Below, piece by piece: positions 27,874 to 41,406 of a DNA stretch of 64,000 nucleotides. The stretch is from positions 1,220,498 through 1,284,497 of the forward strand of contig JAAOMT010000135.1 of assembly GCA_016748015.1 (NCBI GenBank), read 5' to 3'. The stretch comes from Geosiphon pyriformis uo1. Its lineage: Eukaryota > Fungi > Glomeromycota. How positions within the stretch are numbered: the stretch's first letter is position 1; the number at the start of each line of letters is the position of its first letter. Under the pieces are notes generated by a model. The model had not been told where the DNA came from. It saw only the letters and a list, made by a program, of their open reading frames with translations, and ran no database searches. The position numbers were made by a program, and so were the translations under genes.

Positions 27874-28735
27874 TATTACAGATGATTATTTGGGGTCTTA
27901 AATCAAATAACAAATCTGTAACTTGGTGCTCAATATTTTGACAAAACTGGTGATACTGGTATGTTGGTTGTATCTGAAAGTTTTAGAGTTGAATCCTTTG
28001 TATAATAGACAGAGATTTAATTGATGATTTTATTTGTAGCTTCCCAAAACTGCAGTTTTGTTAAATTTTTTTCTCAGCATGGTCCAGTAATCCTCCTGGT
28101 AAGCTATCCTCAAATCTATGAGTGTTTTACCCTTGTTTCACGGGTCTTTTACCAGTCCCTATGATGTCTGTATCTCAGCACTTAATCCTTAATCAATTTT
28201 AGTAAAACCAAAGAAATAACAAAAGAAATAAAAGAAAATAAAAGAAGATAAAAAATTAACAAAAAGCAATTGCAAGTTAGTATTCTGTCAATAGCCATGA
28301 TCAAGAGCTATTGTTCCAGTGTAGTTAAGTATCAATTACTATCAACACTTCATGTTGATAGTAGAAAGTGGATTGAGATAGTGAATAATTATTTATTAAT
28401 ATTTGTAATTTGGAAAGTTGCTTAAATAAAATCTAAACAGAAAGATCTTCTAACTAAAGATTCTGCTTTTTCTACTTTTAATGCTACCGCTATATATACA
28501 TAATTGATGTTCTATGAAATCACTCACATTTCTGAGTAATGTGCTATGATTTCTTGAGCAATACTCACATTGCTGAACAATGTGCTCTAATTTTCTAATA
28601 TCGTTCTACATTGCTAAGCAATGTGCCATGTTTTCTGATATTGCTCTACACTGCTGAGCAATATGCTTATGTGCTAAATACTATTCTCTTATTGGTCTGC
28701 TATTTTCTCTATCTGTTTTTTTTTTATGAGTAATA
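27874..28735 (-). repeat. 3' LTR of element A
   Basis: Direct repeat of 37094-37958; decayed TGTTAC...GTAACA termini. Confidence 0.95.
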
Positions 28736-28748
28736 TTATCTCCTCCTT

Positions 28749-29384
28749 TTAATATTAAGCTTCATCGAAATCTTTGTTTTGAATCAATTTTAATACTTCT
28801 TTTTCAAGTATTGTTTGTTTGACTCTGTTCTTCATGTCTTCTACTTGTGTATTGTTCATTCTTCTCTATTGGTTAATGGATATGGTTTCTATGTTAGGGT
28901 GTAACAGTATTTCTGGATAGTTCTAAAATATGTTGTATAGTTGATAAATTGTTCTCACATGTAATGTTGAGTTTGTCTTTTTCCCAATAAATTCTTCAAT
29001 TTGCTGTATTATGTTTTGGTTAAATACTCTCTTGGATTTGTCAATATACAACTCCTGAATATTCAACTTTTGACCTAACTGATAGTAACAGTATGATATT
29101 GAAAGTTGTTCTGTCCATTGCTTCTAATTCTCTTTTGTAAGTTCTTCTGTTGGTGCCATAATAAGTATTTTCCCAAAAGTGTTCTTTACTTTTTCTATTA
29201 TATTGTTTGACCAGTTTTTATTATTCTTTGGTAACCACTAATATAGTGTATTCTTTGTCTTTCTTTTGGTGTTTTGATAGTAAATTGTTTGGTTGTTAAC
29301 AATAATTTCCATGTCTAAAGGTTGTTGACTTAAGGCCTGGAATAATTGTTGAACTATAGTGTGAATATGATCTGGTATTTCCAT
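28749..29384 (-). pseudogene. Element A orphan ORF3 (211 codons, unknown function)
   Basis: MEIPDHIHTIVQQLFQALSQQPLDMEIIVNNQ...; 636 bp, as in B and C. Confidence 0.8.
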
Positions 29385-29438
29385 TTTTCTTGGTTGTTTT
29401 TGTCATGTATACTGTGTCTTTATATACTCTTTTATTGT

Positions 29439-30821
29439 TTAATTTTACATGTTTGGTCCAATGATTATAATTGGTTCCAGATCTTGTGGAATCTCATCTG
29501 GTTGGATTAGTATTCTTTGTACTCCTAATTGTGGAATATTATTGGTAGATGGTAACACTATATAGTGATATAATTTCAGTCAATCACCATGTGCTGCTTT
29601 GGCTAAGATTTTGTTGTCCCATCTTAATTTATAAGCTCTATTTCCTAAAATTTCTTCTATGTGAAATGGTCCATCCCATTTGGAGTTAAATTTTCTATTC
29701 CATTGTTTTTCCACTTTGATACAATATAATAATACTTTGTCTCCAATCTTGAATTTAACTGATTTATCTGGTAATTGGTTATCATATCATTCTTTTTGCT
29801 TTTCTTGAGACTTTTGAATATTATTAGCTGCTTTTTGTTGTCTGTTTTCTAGTGTTTCCATTAGGTCATATGTTCTTCTCAACAATGTTTCTTAGAAATT
29901 AGCTTCTGTTATTGGTTCCATTAAATATGTGCTGATCTTTCTCTTAACTGGTAATATTGCTGTCCTATTATATACCAATTCAAATGGTGTTGCTTGTATA
30001 GTATCTTGTCTTATTGTCTGATAAGCAAATAATACTGATGGTATAAACAAATCCCATTCATCTTGGTTTTCTTAACTGATTTTGGCGATTGCTTTACACA
30101 GTATTCTGTTAAACTTTTTGACTAGTCCATTTGTTTGTAGATAATATGGTGATGATAATGGTTTTTTTATCCCAAATCTCTGACTTAATTCTGTTAATGT
30201 TCTATTTACAAAATGAGTTCTTTGATCTGATAGTAGTTCTTTTGGATATCTGTATTAACATATCAAATCTTGATGAACAAATTCGGCAATAGATTCTACA
30301 TTTGCTCTTTGAATGGCTTTTGCTTCTGGCCATTTAGTGAGATAATTCATGGCTACTACAATATATCTGTTGCTTTTACTGGTGATTGTTAATGGTCCGA
30401 CTAAGTCAATTCCAATGTGATCAAATGGTTGTCCTACTTTGATTGGTTTTAATGGTTCACTTGGTCTTGTTCCTCCTTTTTTTTGACAAGCATTACAATT
30501 TTGAACATATTGGATGATGTCTGGATATATTGATGACCAATAATATCTTTTTCTGGTTCTTTCTATGGTTGCTTCTTTATGAAAATGTCCTGCTGTTGGA
30601 TCTAAGTACATGTTGAATAATATTGTCTCTTTCTTTAGTTCTGTGATTACTCTGATTGATTGATCTGAATTTCTTCTGTTCTTTTAGTAGAGTATATTTT
30701 GATGATTGATAAAATATTTTGATTGTTGTTTTATGTTGTTTTGTTCCTTTTGAGATAATTTCTCCTTGAACAATTGAGTATTTATATAATGCTGGAGTTG
30801 TTAGTATTTTTGTGTGTTCAT
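29439..30821 (-). pseudogene. Element A integrase (stand-alone ORF)
   Basis: GHFHKEAT...YYW...CNAC; IGIDLVGPL; SDQ-THF; KWDGPFHI (GPY/F). Confidence 0.92.
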
Positions 30822-30851
30822 CTTTTGTTATATTTTTGGGTTGAAATGTTT

Positions 30852-33800
30852 TTAGATTTGTCTTATTTGCAACAGTCCATTGGCATTTTCATTGTCTTTT
30901 CTCTTTTTATAATGTACTGTATAATTGAATGGTGAAAGTTTTATTTTTCATCTGGCATGGTGATTGTCTACAAATTCTTGTTTCTGGATTGAATTCAATC
31001 CTTTGTGATTAGTGTACACTTCAAACTTTTGACTTAAGTATTCCTTCTATTTGATGACAGCCCAATAGATAGCTAAGTGTTCTAATGCTGGAGTTCCATA
31101 TTTTTTTCTCAACTGGACTTAAGCTTTTACTGGCATAAGCTACTGGATGTTTTCTTCTATCTGATCTTTTCTGTGATAGTACTGCTCCCAATACTTGATC
31201 TGATGCATCAGTAGTGATTATAAATGATTTGCTATAATCTGGATACATCAATATTAGAGCTTGAATAAGTTTTCTTCTTAATGTGTCAAATGCTTTTTGT
31301 TGAGCTTCAGTCTATTTATACTTCACATTCTTGGTCTGTAGATAGTGAAGTGGCTGAACCAGTTTTGAAAAGTCTTTGATAAAACAGTGATAATAGTCTG
31401 CAAAACCTAAAAATGCTCTTAGTTTTGTCAAATTGGTTGGTTTTAAAAAGTTCTTAACTACTTTAATCTTGTTTAGATCCGTTTTGATTCCATCTTTGCT
31501 CACTACATGTCCCAAAAACTTGAGTTCAGTTTTTCCAAAGAAACATTTGGTTGCATTTAGTTTCAATCCTGCTCTCTTCAACCTTTCAAACACTTGTTAA
31601 AGATGATGCAGATAATCATCAAATGTTTTTGAGAACACATTGGTGTCATCCAAGTATATGACTACTGATTTCCATAGTAATCTTATATAGACAATTTCCA
31701 TGAGCCATTGGAATGTTGCTGGAGTATTCATCAAGTCAAATGGCATGACTTCAAACTCAAAATTTTTTTCTTTTGTAGTGAACGTTGTTTTTTCTTTGTT
31801 AGTTGAATCCATGGCTACTTGCCAGTAACCACTATCTAAGTCCAGTATTAAGAACCATTTATTTTCTCCAAAAGCATTGAATAGTTCTTGGATCTTTGGA
31901 GTTGAATAGCTATCATCTTTTGTTACTTCATTCAGTTTTTAATAGTCTACACAAAACCAGATTTTTCCATTCTTCTTACAGACTAGTACTACTGGTGATG
32001 ACCATGGACTCATTGATGGCTAAATTAGCCCAGTGTTAAGCATCCGGTTGATTTCTTGATGGATAATCTTATAACTAGCTGGTAGTACTCTGTATGCTCT
32101 TTGTTTTATTGGCATTGCATCTCCAGTTTTGATCTGGTTTTGGATAATGTCTGTTCTGCCAAATTTGTTTTCACTGGGAAAAATGTCATTGAAGTTGTTG
32201 AGCAACATTTTGAGTTGCATCTGTTGAAGTGGGTCTAAGTTGCCCATGTTCATTTGTTCCAATTGTTTTGATTGGAGCAAGTAACATTCACTATGTTCAT
32301 ATATTGTTTGTAATGTAATGTTAACATATCCACAAAGCTGCAAAAAGTCTGAAATGGTGTTTGGTGGTTGATCCTCAACTTCAGTGGTTAAATATTCAAT
32401 GATAGTTCCTTTTGGTATTTCAATAACACTTCCAATTATGTTGTAGATGGGAATTTTAATGTTTTTGGGGCTTTTGGCTAATATGTAGAGATTAGTGAGC
32501 CCAATTCCCCCTGATTCACAAATGGTGGCTTCTGCTTCAAACAACTGAGCCTGATTTTTTACTTCTCTTTTTATATGTAATATATACTGGTCATATGGTG
32601 GAATAAAAATTAATTGACAGGTTGAGATAATTTCTCCTTTGCCAATAACCTCTTTCTCCACCATATTAACTGGTATGTCTATTCTACTTGTTGATCCAAA
32701 TACTTGTATCTCTCTAGCAGTAATTCTTAATTCTTCCCTGTTTCTTACTGACACTAATTGAGCTATTTTCACCAGAGGTAGGAATATTGCTTGTGCTATT
32801 TTTTCGTTTGGTTCTATAATATAGGCCTTTTCTGAGTCATTTTGTAGCATTGTAATGATATTTCCTATGTATCCCACATCAATTATTCCTTCTCTGATGT
32901 TTATCTCTCTTTTCGCTAGACTATTCCTAGATGCTAACTGAACCATGGTAGTAGCTGAGATTTCTATTGCTACTTTTAAATCGATGTATGTGCATAAATG
33001 TGGTTCCAGTTTGATGGCCTCTTTTCCAGGATATCTCAGGTCAAACTCTGCATCAGTATCATGCACATGTTCTGGCATAATCCCTTCTTTATTATCACTA
33101 AACCATTTTAAAGTCTGTTTTTTGGTGAGATTAAAAAGTGCAATATATATTTTTGGGTTTAAATCGGAGTCCAAATCACTGTTATTTTTGTTGCCAATTT
33201 GAACAGAGCTGGAACTGGTGTTTTTATTATCATTATTGTCAGAGTTTAAATCAGGATTGGAAACTGATTCCGATTCTAATACGCAGCTGCTGATTGGTTC
33301 TTCTTCTTCTAGGATTGTGTAGATTATGCGTAGTAGTAGATTGTAAATGAGGTCACACTCATTACAATATTCAAAGTCACTAGGAATTAAATAATGGCAG
33401 CACAATCTGGTGTTTAATTGTTCTAGCCATTGTTTTTGCTCTTCTCTGGTGGATGCCAAACATTAGTAGTGTTTGTGAAATTCTTCAAGTTCCAATAAGT
33501 TTATGACTAGTTCTGAGTCCCAGTCAAGTTCTATTGGTTCTGGTAAGTTGTTTTTAATTTCTCTAATCTCCTCGGGTAATGCTCCTTCTATTTTAGTGAG
33601 TGCCATTCGCCGGATCTTGTTATCATCATGTAGACAACCATCCAGACATCTCACGGCTTTTCTCTAAGCAGCTTCTATTGGTGTTCTTTTTCTAACCCAA
33701 TTGCTAATTAGGATCATGTATTGACATGATTTATCACACGTTCCTTCTCATTCTGGAATGTCGTTCCACATTCCTTCGTCTAAGAGAGTTTCTCTATAAG

Positions 33801-36800
33801 TGAGACAAGATTGGTTGTCCCATTTTCTTTGCCTCTTTGGTTGTCCAAAACGTTCTACAACACATGGGCAACAATAGAATTTAATCGCAGTTGGGTATTT
33901 CTCATCATCACCACAGCATGTACCCATTGATGACAGTTTCTTGCCATAATCAATGCATATAAGCTTTGGTTGACAATAGTTAGTTGGTTGTGGTAGTGGG
34001 TGAGTATAAGTGGTGTAGGTGTCTGTGGATGTTGATTCTTTTTCTTTTGCCTTTCCCTTGCCTTTCTCATTTTTATTCTTTTTCCACTCCCAATTTATCA
34101 CTTCCTCTTGGTCTTCATTGGTTTCCCAGTTGTTGTTGATGTCCTAGGTAAGTTCAATTTCTTTTTGTTTCCCTTTTCCTTGATAGTATTGGCAGCAGTT
34201 TGTTGTAGTCTTTGTCAGCCCATGAGACTTGATAGGCTTCCCAGGTAGGTTTTCTTTCTCCTTTTCGAACTCAATTAAGGGTGTTGTTGAGTTGGTCATC
34301 TTGAAGTGGCCACATGTGGCTGGTACCCACGTGTGTCAACTATTCTGACTGAGGGCCAGTTTTTGAGTCATTCAGTCAAGTACAGCATTGGTTTTGGACA
34401 ACCAGTCGTTGCCAATGAGTGCCTGATATTGTGTTGCTTCTATCACGAGAACTTTGATGGGCATGATGATGCCATTAATTTCAATCAGTAAATCATTAAT
34501 TTCACTGATTGGAGTTTTGGTTGCTCCATTAGCTGTGATGATGCATGCATTGGCAGCTCAATCAACTTGCTAACCTAATTGGTTCATGAGTTGTTTTGTG
34601 ATAATGCTGCCAACTGATTCACTATCTAATATCAGTTTGATGAACTGACCATCAACTTTGACATTCATGTACATAGTAGTGATGAGTTTCTCTTCGAGGG
34701 CAGCTCCACTAAATAGAGGGATTATTGATGGTTCTTCAAGTTCAAATAAGAAGATCATGGTTAACAATTCATTATGGGAGATAGTTGTGGGTAGAATGTT
34801 GTTAGTAAGTGTTTTTTGGTTGGTTTTCTGTATGCTGGGTGCAGTATCTTTTGGGCTGACCAGAAGACTTAAGTAGTTCTGAAAACTCGGGTTTTGGTTA
34901 TACCCAGTTCCTGAACTCCACTGGCGTGATCCTGATGGTTTATTTAATAAACTGAGAATTGGTTGGTAAACCACCATTGCCAATCTCCAGTTTTGGGTTA
35001 CTCTGAATCTGGAGTTTCCTGATGTCATTTGAGCTGGGTTGGATGACAGTGTTTGAACTGTGAGTGCCTGATAAATTATTTGTGGTTGCAGTGGTTAATA
35101 CATTACTGGTGGCTGTGGTTGATAGACTGGAGGCTGATATATGGGTGGTTGATATATTGGCTATTGTGTTATCAGCAAATAAGTCAATTGATATAGTGCT
35201 GAGTTGGATTGGTAATTCAGAGTTAGGAACTGGCAATTGGGGTTTCAATATTGATTTTTCGATTGTTGGTTATCTATTCTTAACCTACAGTTAACCCTTA
35301 AATGCCCTTGTTTACCACAGTAGTGGCAAACATGTGTCTCCTGCTGCCACTGCTGATTGGTTGAGGATGATGAGCACAACTGATTCTGGAAACAATTTGC
35401 ATTTCCTTGATTATTGCATCATTGTGGAGGTTGATAGATTGCCTAATTGTTAGCTAAGTATCCTTCTAATTTTTGGTTGATGGACTCACTGAATTGTTTC
35501 AACTTAGAATCTAATTCAGATAATCCATTCATCACTAGATTGATGGCTTGGGTGTGGTTAGCTTTGAGTTTAGCTACTTCAAAATCTCTGGCATTGGTAA
35601 TTGCAGCTTGAAAGTCTGTTGGATGTATTAGACATATGTGTTGGAAGATGCTACTGTGCAAACCTTTAATAAATTGGTTTAGGATTTGTGGCACTGTGAA
35701 ATAGTCAGCCTAAATTACTTGAATTTGGCACAGATTCCTGTGGAAGTATCTTAGGTAAGTAGTGACTATTTTATTTTCTTCTTGTTTGATAGTGGTGAAT
35801 GTGTTTGCTAGTCAATTAATACTATTATTATTGCTGAAGTATTGTAGAAATGCAAGCTTGAATGCATTAAAATCCTGGAGTTTGTTAGCCAAGCTTTGAT
35901 ACTATGAATCAGCGGTATCCTAGAGAAAATAGGGAATGGTCTGTATGGCTCTGGTGTTATTCCATCTATTGGCTGTAAGAGCTTTTTTCATATTGTTTAG
36001 CCATACTTGGGCATTGTCTTCTTTGCCAGTGAATTTTTCAATTTTGGCAATAGAAGTATATGCCATTGGCACTACAATGTATTGTTATGACAGTAGAAGC
36101 AGCTGTTGTGGTTGTTGAGATGGTTGAAGTGGCTGTAATTGAATCAGTTTAATAATTGGTTTAATTGGTGGTTAATTTATGACAATATTTGAAGGTAAGT
36201 TCAGTTGATTAATTAAATTAGGGTTTAGAATATTCTGATTTCTCGGTGTTTGAATATTTGGAGTCTTGATTTCTGGATTTTTTTGATTTGAATTTTTTGG
36301 AGTTTGAATGTTCAGGGTTTCAACTTCTGGGTTTTCTGAAATTGGGTTCTGGTAAGTAAATTCTTGATCCTCAAATTTTTTTTCTTCTTCTGATTCTGAT
36401 GCTTCTCATAGATTGGCTATTCCAAAATCTGGTGAAGGTGGTGGTAATTGAATTCCTAATGGTGTTGGTGTTTGCAATTGAAATCCTTCGAAATATTCGT
36501 CATATGGGCCTAGTAATTCTGTTTTTCTTTGTTTACTTTGGAATAAAATTGCCCAAATATTGATGTTGTGTTTGATGTGGACACATTTGGTGATGTGATA
36601 TGGATGGTGCTTCCAATAGTATAATTATATGATGGATTTGTGGGTGATTCAACTCTGTGTTTCTTCCAAGTGGGTGGTTGGATTTGTTGAAATGTTACTG
36701 CTGGTGTTTGTAGTTTTCCTTTGCCTTTACTTGAGTAGGTAATTGGGTATCTTTGTTGTGTGTGATGTTCAATTTCTTTGTTAATCTCAGTAATAATGGA

Positions 36801-37073
36801 TGCGAAATTATGATTTGTTGGTAAGCTGGTATTTTGTATTAATTCATGGTAAAAAGTTTCTCTCACTGATTCAGTGTTTATTGGTGTTCCTAACAAATAG
36901 GCAATTTTCTAGAAATTGAAGGCTGATTCCACTGATATATGATTGTGATTTAATCCCAGGTGTTGACAGTAGTGTTGAAATAAGAATTTCACAAATCCTA
37001 AATGGTTTGCTCCTATATTTTTTGATTCTGCCACTGTTGATTAGTTGTTGGTGCTGGTTCTCTGTAAGATTAT
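30852..37073 (-). pseudogene. Element A Gag-PR-Cys-rich-dUTPase-RT-RNase H polyprotein (degenerate)
   Basis: CHYCGKQGH knuckle; LILDSES; HDTDAEFDL, ASRNSLA, IIDVGY-G, KIAQ, FGST; YLDD; TTDASDQVLGAVL. Confidence 0.92.
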
Positions 37074-37074
37074 A

Positions 37075-37091
37075 CTTTACAGGGAGCACCA
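37075..37091 (-). other. Primer-binding site of element A
   Basis: TGGTGCTCCCTGTAAAG, 2 nt from the 5' LTR. Confidence 0.85.
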
Positions 37092-37093
37092 AA

Positions 37094-37958
37094 TGTTACA
37101 GATGATTATTTGGGGTCTCAAATTAAATAACAAATCCATAACTTGGTGCTCAATATCTTGACAAGACTGGTGATACTGGTATATTGGTTGTATTTGAAGG
37201 TTTTAGAGTTGAGTCTTTTGTATAATGAACAGAGGTTTAATTGATGGTTTTATCTATAGCTTCCCGAAACCGCAGTTTCATCAAATTTTTTTCTTAGCAT
37301 AATGGCTGGTAATCCTCCTGGTAAGCTATCCTTAAATCTATAAGTGTTTTACCCTTGTTTCACAGGTCTTTTACCAGTCCCTATAATGTCTGTATCTTAG
37401 CACTTAATCCTTAATCAATTTTAGTAAAACCAAAGAAATAACAAAAGAAATAAAAGAAAATAAAAGAAAATAAAGAAATTAACAAAAAGCAATTGCAAGT
37501 TAGTATCCTGTCAATAGCCATGATCAAGAGCTATTGTTCCAGTGTAGTTAAGTATCAATTACTATCAACACTTCATGTTGATAGTAAAAAGTGGATTGAG
37601 ATAGTAAATAATTATTTATTGATATTTGTGATTTGGAAAGTTGCTTAGATAAAATCTAAATGGAGAGATCTTTTAACTAAAGATTCTGCCTTTTCTACTT
37701 CTAATGCTACTGCTATATATATATAATTGATGTTCTACAAGATTGCTCACATTTCTGAGCGATGTGCTATGATTTCTTGAGCAATGCTCATATTGCTAAA
37801 CAATGTGCTCTAATTTTCTAATATCACTTCATATTGTTAAGCAATGTGCCATGTTTTCTGACATTGCTTCACACTGCTGAGCAATATGCTCACGTGCTAA
37901 ATACTATTCTTTTATTGGTCTGCTATTTTTTCTATCTGTTTTTTTTTTATGAATAACA
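37094..37958 (-). repeat. 5' LTR of element A
   Basis: Repeat of 27874-28735, adjacent to the PBS. Confidence 0.95.
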
Positions 37959-40644
37959 ATGTTCATTAGTTAAAACTCCTACTTGGAGCAACTCTAAAAG
38001 TGTTGAGAAGATTATTAATTACATTTTTGTTAGTAAAAATTTGTTATCAGTGGTTGTTAGTTGCAGAGTGAATTTAGTGTTGAATTATTTTAACACAGAT
38101 CACAAAGCTGTTTCTATTTTGGTTGGTTTGGGTTGTTTTTTAAATGTTTATTTAAATTACATATATAAAAATGCTAATCAGAATTACTAGATATTTAAAA
38201 TTAAAGATGTAGATAATAATAAATAGATATGATTTAATGATTTTTTTTTATTAATATGTTATTGGCTTTAAGTAATTTTAAAAATGCTAAAAAGCTTGGT
38301 AGTTTAGATTTTATGTAAAAAATTTTGCAAAGAGTGATGATGGATTTAACAAATTTGGTTCTTTTTAAACAATGATTCTATGTTTTTGATTGTTTAAGAA
38401 ATAAACAGTCTTTTGGATTTTACAAACTCAAGTTGTTAATTACAAAGATAATTAAAGTCTTAAGTTCTAATAATAGTTTAAGATTCATCTATCTTAGCAA
38501 AATTTGGCTGGTCTTTAATAGCAAAAAAGCTTTTTTAGTTTGCAATATAATTAATAATAAGACAAATTTTATAAACATTATCAAACATCTATCTATAGTT
38601 AGAAGAGAGTATTGTTGATTTAAGTATTGTGAATTAGAGTAGACTAAGAAAACATTAATCAACAGAGCCATTAATAGATGTATGGAGAATTTTGGTTCAG
38701 ACAAAAAAAGTATGATTAAATGTATTCTGAAGTTCTCTTTTTACAAGATAGTATTAGACCATTTAGTAGTTGAAGATAATTTAATTTTAAAGCCAAAGGA
38801 AGTTAAACTCAAAGTTAATAAAATTATGGTCAATTAGACAAGAAAGCATAAGGTATCTATTGTGCAATCTAATCTGTGATTTTACCAATATGTTCTTTTG
38901 AACTATGTGAAAAACAATGTTTTTTTTAATACAATAAATGAAATTAGTCTGAACATACTGGTTTTAACAATTAAGAACTTGCTTGATGACAAGGCTGCTG
39001 GCATCTCAAATATTATAAATAAACTTTGAAAACACTGTAATAAATTTGTGTTGGCATGTTTTTTGGACCTATTAAATGCATATTTAACACATGATAATGT
39101 TTTTTGTCTTTGGAAGAATATTTGGGTTTCAATAATTTTCAAGTTTTATAAATAGAATGAAATCCTTATAAACACATAACTTATAGTACTTATTAAGACA
39201 GCAAGAAAAATTTTGTCTAAGATTTTATCTGACTGCATTTTTTTAGTTTGTAGCAAATTTAATATTCTCTATAATAATAATTTCTCAGTGTTAAAGGGCA
39301 CTTCAACTCAGTTTCCAATTTTTGCTATTGGTTTAGTTGTGGAGAATACTTTAAAAAAAGACTGAAAACTGTGATTGATTTTGCAAAATATATGCAAAGC
39401 TTATAATTTAATAAGATAAAATTATTTAAAGATTAGTTTAAATTACATTAAAATATGTGATAAATTTGTCAAGTTTTTTAAGAATATTTATTTGAACAAA
39501 ACAAACAGAGTTATGACTGATTTTGGCCTAACTAATGACTACAAAATACATAATAGTCTTGACCAAGGTGAAATCTTTTTGTTACTTCTTTGGCAGATCT
39601 TTTATGACCCTCTTTTGTGTAAAATTAAAAGACAGAAACACTTGTGTAATTACAAAATTAATTTTAGTTTTGTGGTAAAATTTGATAAAGTAAAAGTTCA
39701 GTTTAATATAACTATTTATCTAATAGCTGGGGCTTTTGTAAATAATACTATTTGAATTAGTAACAGTTAAACTACTACATAGCATATATTAAACATAGTA
39801 AATGAGTTTTTTTCTCTTAATAATAGTTCCATAAATAATGAAAAAACTGTTGTCATTCTTATTAATTAAAAAGTCAAAAATGTTTTTCTGCTTATCAATG
39901 GTACACCAATAGCAATTGTTAAAAAGGGCAAAGTTTATTAATATCTGAACATATTTTTGTTTATGGAAGAATTATTAAAGTCTAGTCTGATTAAGACCAA
40001 TTTGAATGTTCAATTTTTTTCAAATATGGTTTTGCACAAAGCAATATCTAATAAACAATTTTGTTATCTGGTTTTTTTAGTGTTACAACTTATTGTTAGT
40101 TACAAAATACAATTAGCTTTATTTTCAATAATGTGTATGCTAAATAGGATGCCATAATCAGAAATCAAGCTGTCTTAGATACTTGTGTTGTTGAATTGGT
40201 TCTGATTTTGCCAGATTTTTACAATTATTGTGGATAGAGCAGTATAATATGGTAGCATCTATTAGAAATAAGAGACTCAATATTTTTTGGCACAAGATTA
40301 TGGAATATTTAGGTGTTTTAGGTAATAAACATGCTGATAAACTGGCTGGTTTGGCTGCTGGTTTGAATTTTGTGCTTCCTGTTCTGATTAAAAATAGATT
40401 TATTAGAGCTAGTAGAATGGTAATGTCCAGAAACATTTGTTATTTTGTTCAGAAAATTTTTAGGACTGTTTATTGTGCTTGTTGGGAGATTGGACTTGGC
40501 TTTAACATTATTAACAAAAACATAGTTGGTAATGTAAATTGAATTTGTACTGTGTCTATTTGGCATTTTAACTCACATATGACAGTTGGCTTCACAAGCA
40601 AATTCACAGTTGGTTTGTATTTATATTTTATGAAGGCTTTGTAC
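37959..40644 (+). pseudogene. LINE ORF2 middle: endonuclease end, reverse transcriptase, partial RNase H
   Basis: PTWSNS, KAAGIS, LDQGE, IFYDPLLC, GAFVNNTIW, GNKHAD. Confidence 0.88.
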
Positions 40645-41386
40645 TATTACTCATAAAAAAAAAAAAACAGATATAAAAAATAGCAGACCAATAAGAAAGT
40701 AGTAGTTAGCATGTAAACACATTGCTTAAGAATATGAACAATCTCATAGAACATTAATTATGTATATATAGCAGTAGTATTAAAAGAAAAAAAAACAGAC
40801 TTCTTAGTTTAGATTTAATCTAAGCAATCTTTTATTTCACAAATATCAATAAATAATTATTTAATATCTTCAATCCACTTCCTACTATCAACATGAAGTG
40901 TTGATAATAATTGATACTTAACCACATTGAAACAATAGCTTTTGATCATGGCTATTGACAGGATACTAACTTGCAATTGCCTTGGCTTATTTTTTTATCT
41001 TCTTTTATTTTTCTTTTATTTTCTTGGTAATTTTTTTTGTTTTACTAATTGATTAAAAATTAAAAAGCACTAAGTTACAGACATTGTAGGGACTGGTAAA
41101 AAACTCATAAAACAAGAGTAAAACACTCATAAAATTGAGAATAGCTTACTAAGAAAATTACCAGCAACTATGCTAAGAAAGAAATTTGATGGAATTGTGA
41201 TTCTGGGAGGCTACTGAAACAACAATTAAATCTCTGTCTATTATACAAAGGACTAACCCAAAACCTTTAAATAACCCAAAACCTTCAAATACAAACAACT
41301 TTCAGAAACCAAGATTATTATATTAATTAAGTACCAAGTTATGGATTTGTTATTTGTTTTGAGATCCCAAATAATCATCTGTAACA
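40645..41386 (+). repeat. 5' LTR of element B
   Basis: Repeat of 59603-60450; ends GTAACA before the PBS. Confidence 0.93.
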
Positions 41387-41406
41387 TTTGGTGCTCTCTG
41401 TAAGAT

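Larger units (their letters stand above)
27874..37958 (-). mobile_element. Full-length Ty3/Gypsy LTR retrotransposon A (10.1 kb), TSD ATGT
   Basis: LTR pair, PBS, PPT (about 28736-28750), PR-RT-RH-IN order; ATGT at 27870-27873 and 37959-37962. Confidence 0.95.

Noticed and set aside
41060-41130. Possible hammerhead ribozyme in the LTR (CTGA...GAAAC)
   Set aside because: No CUGANGA core and no consistent helices across copies
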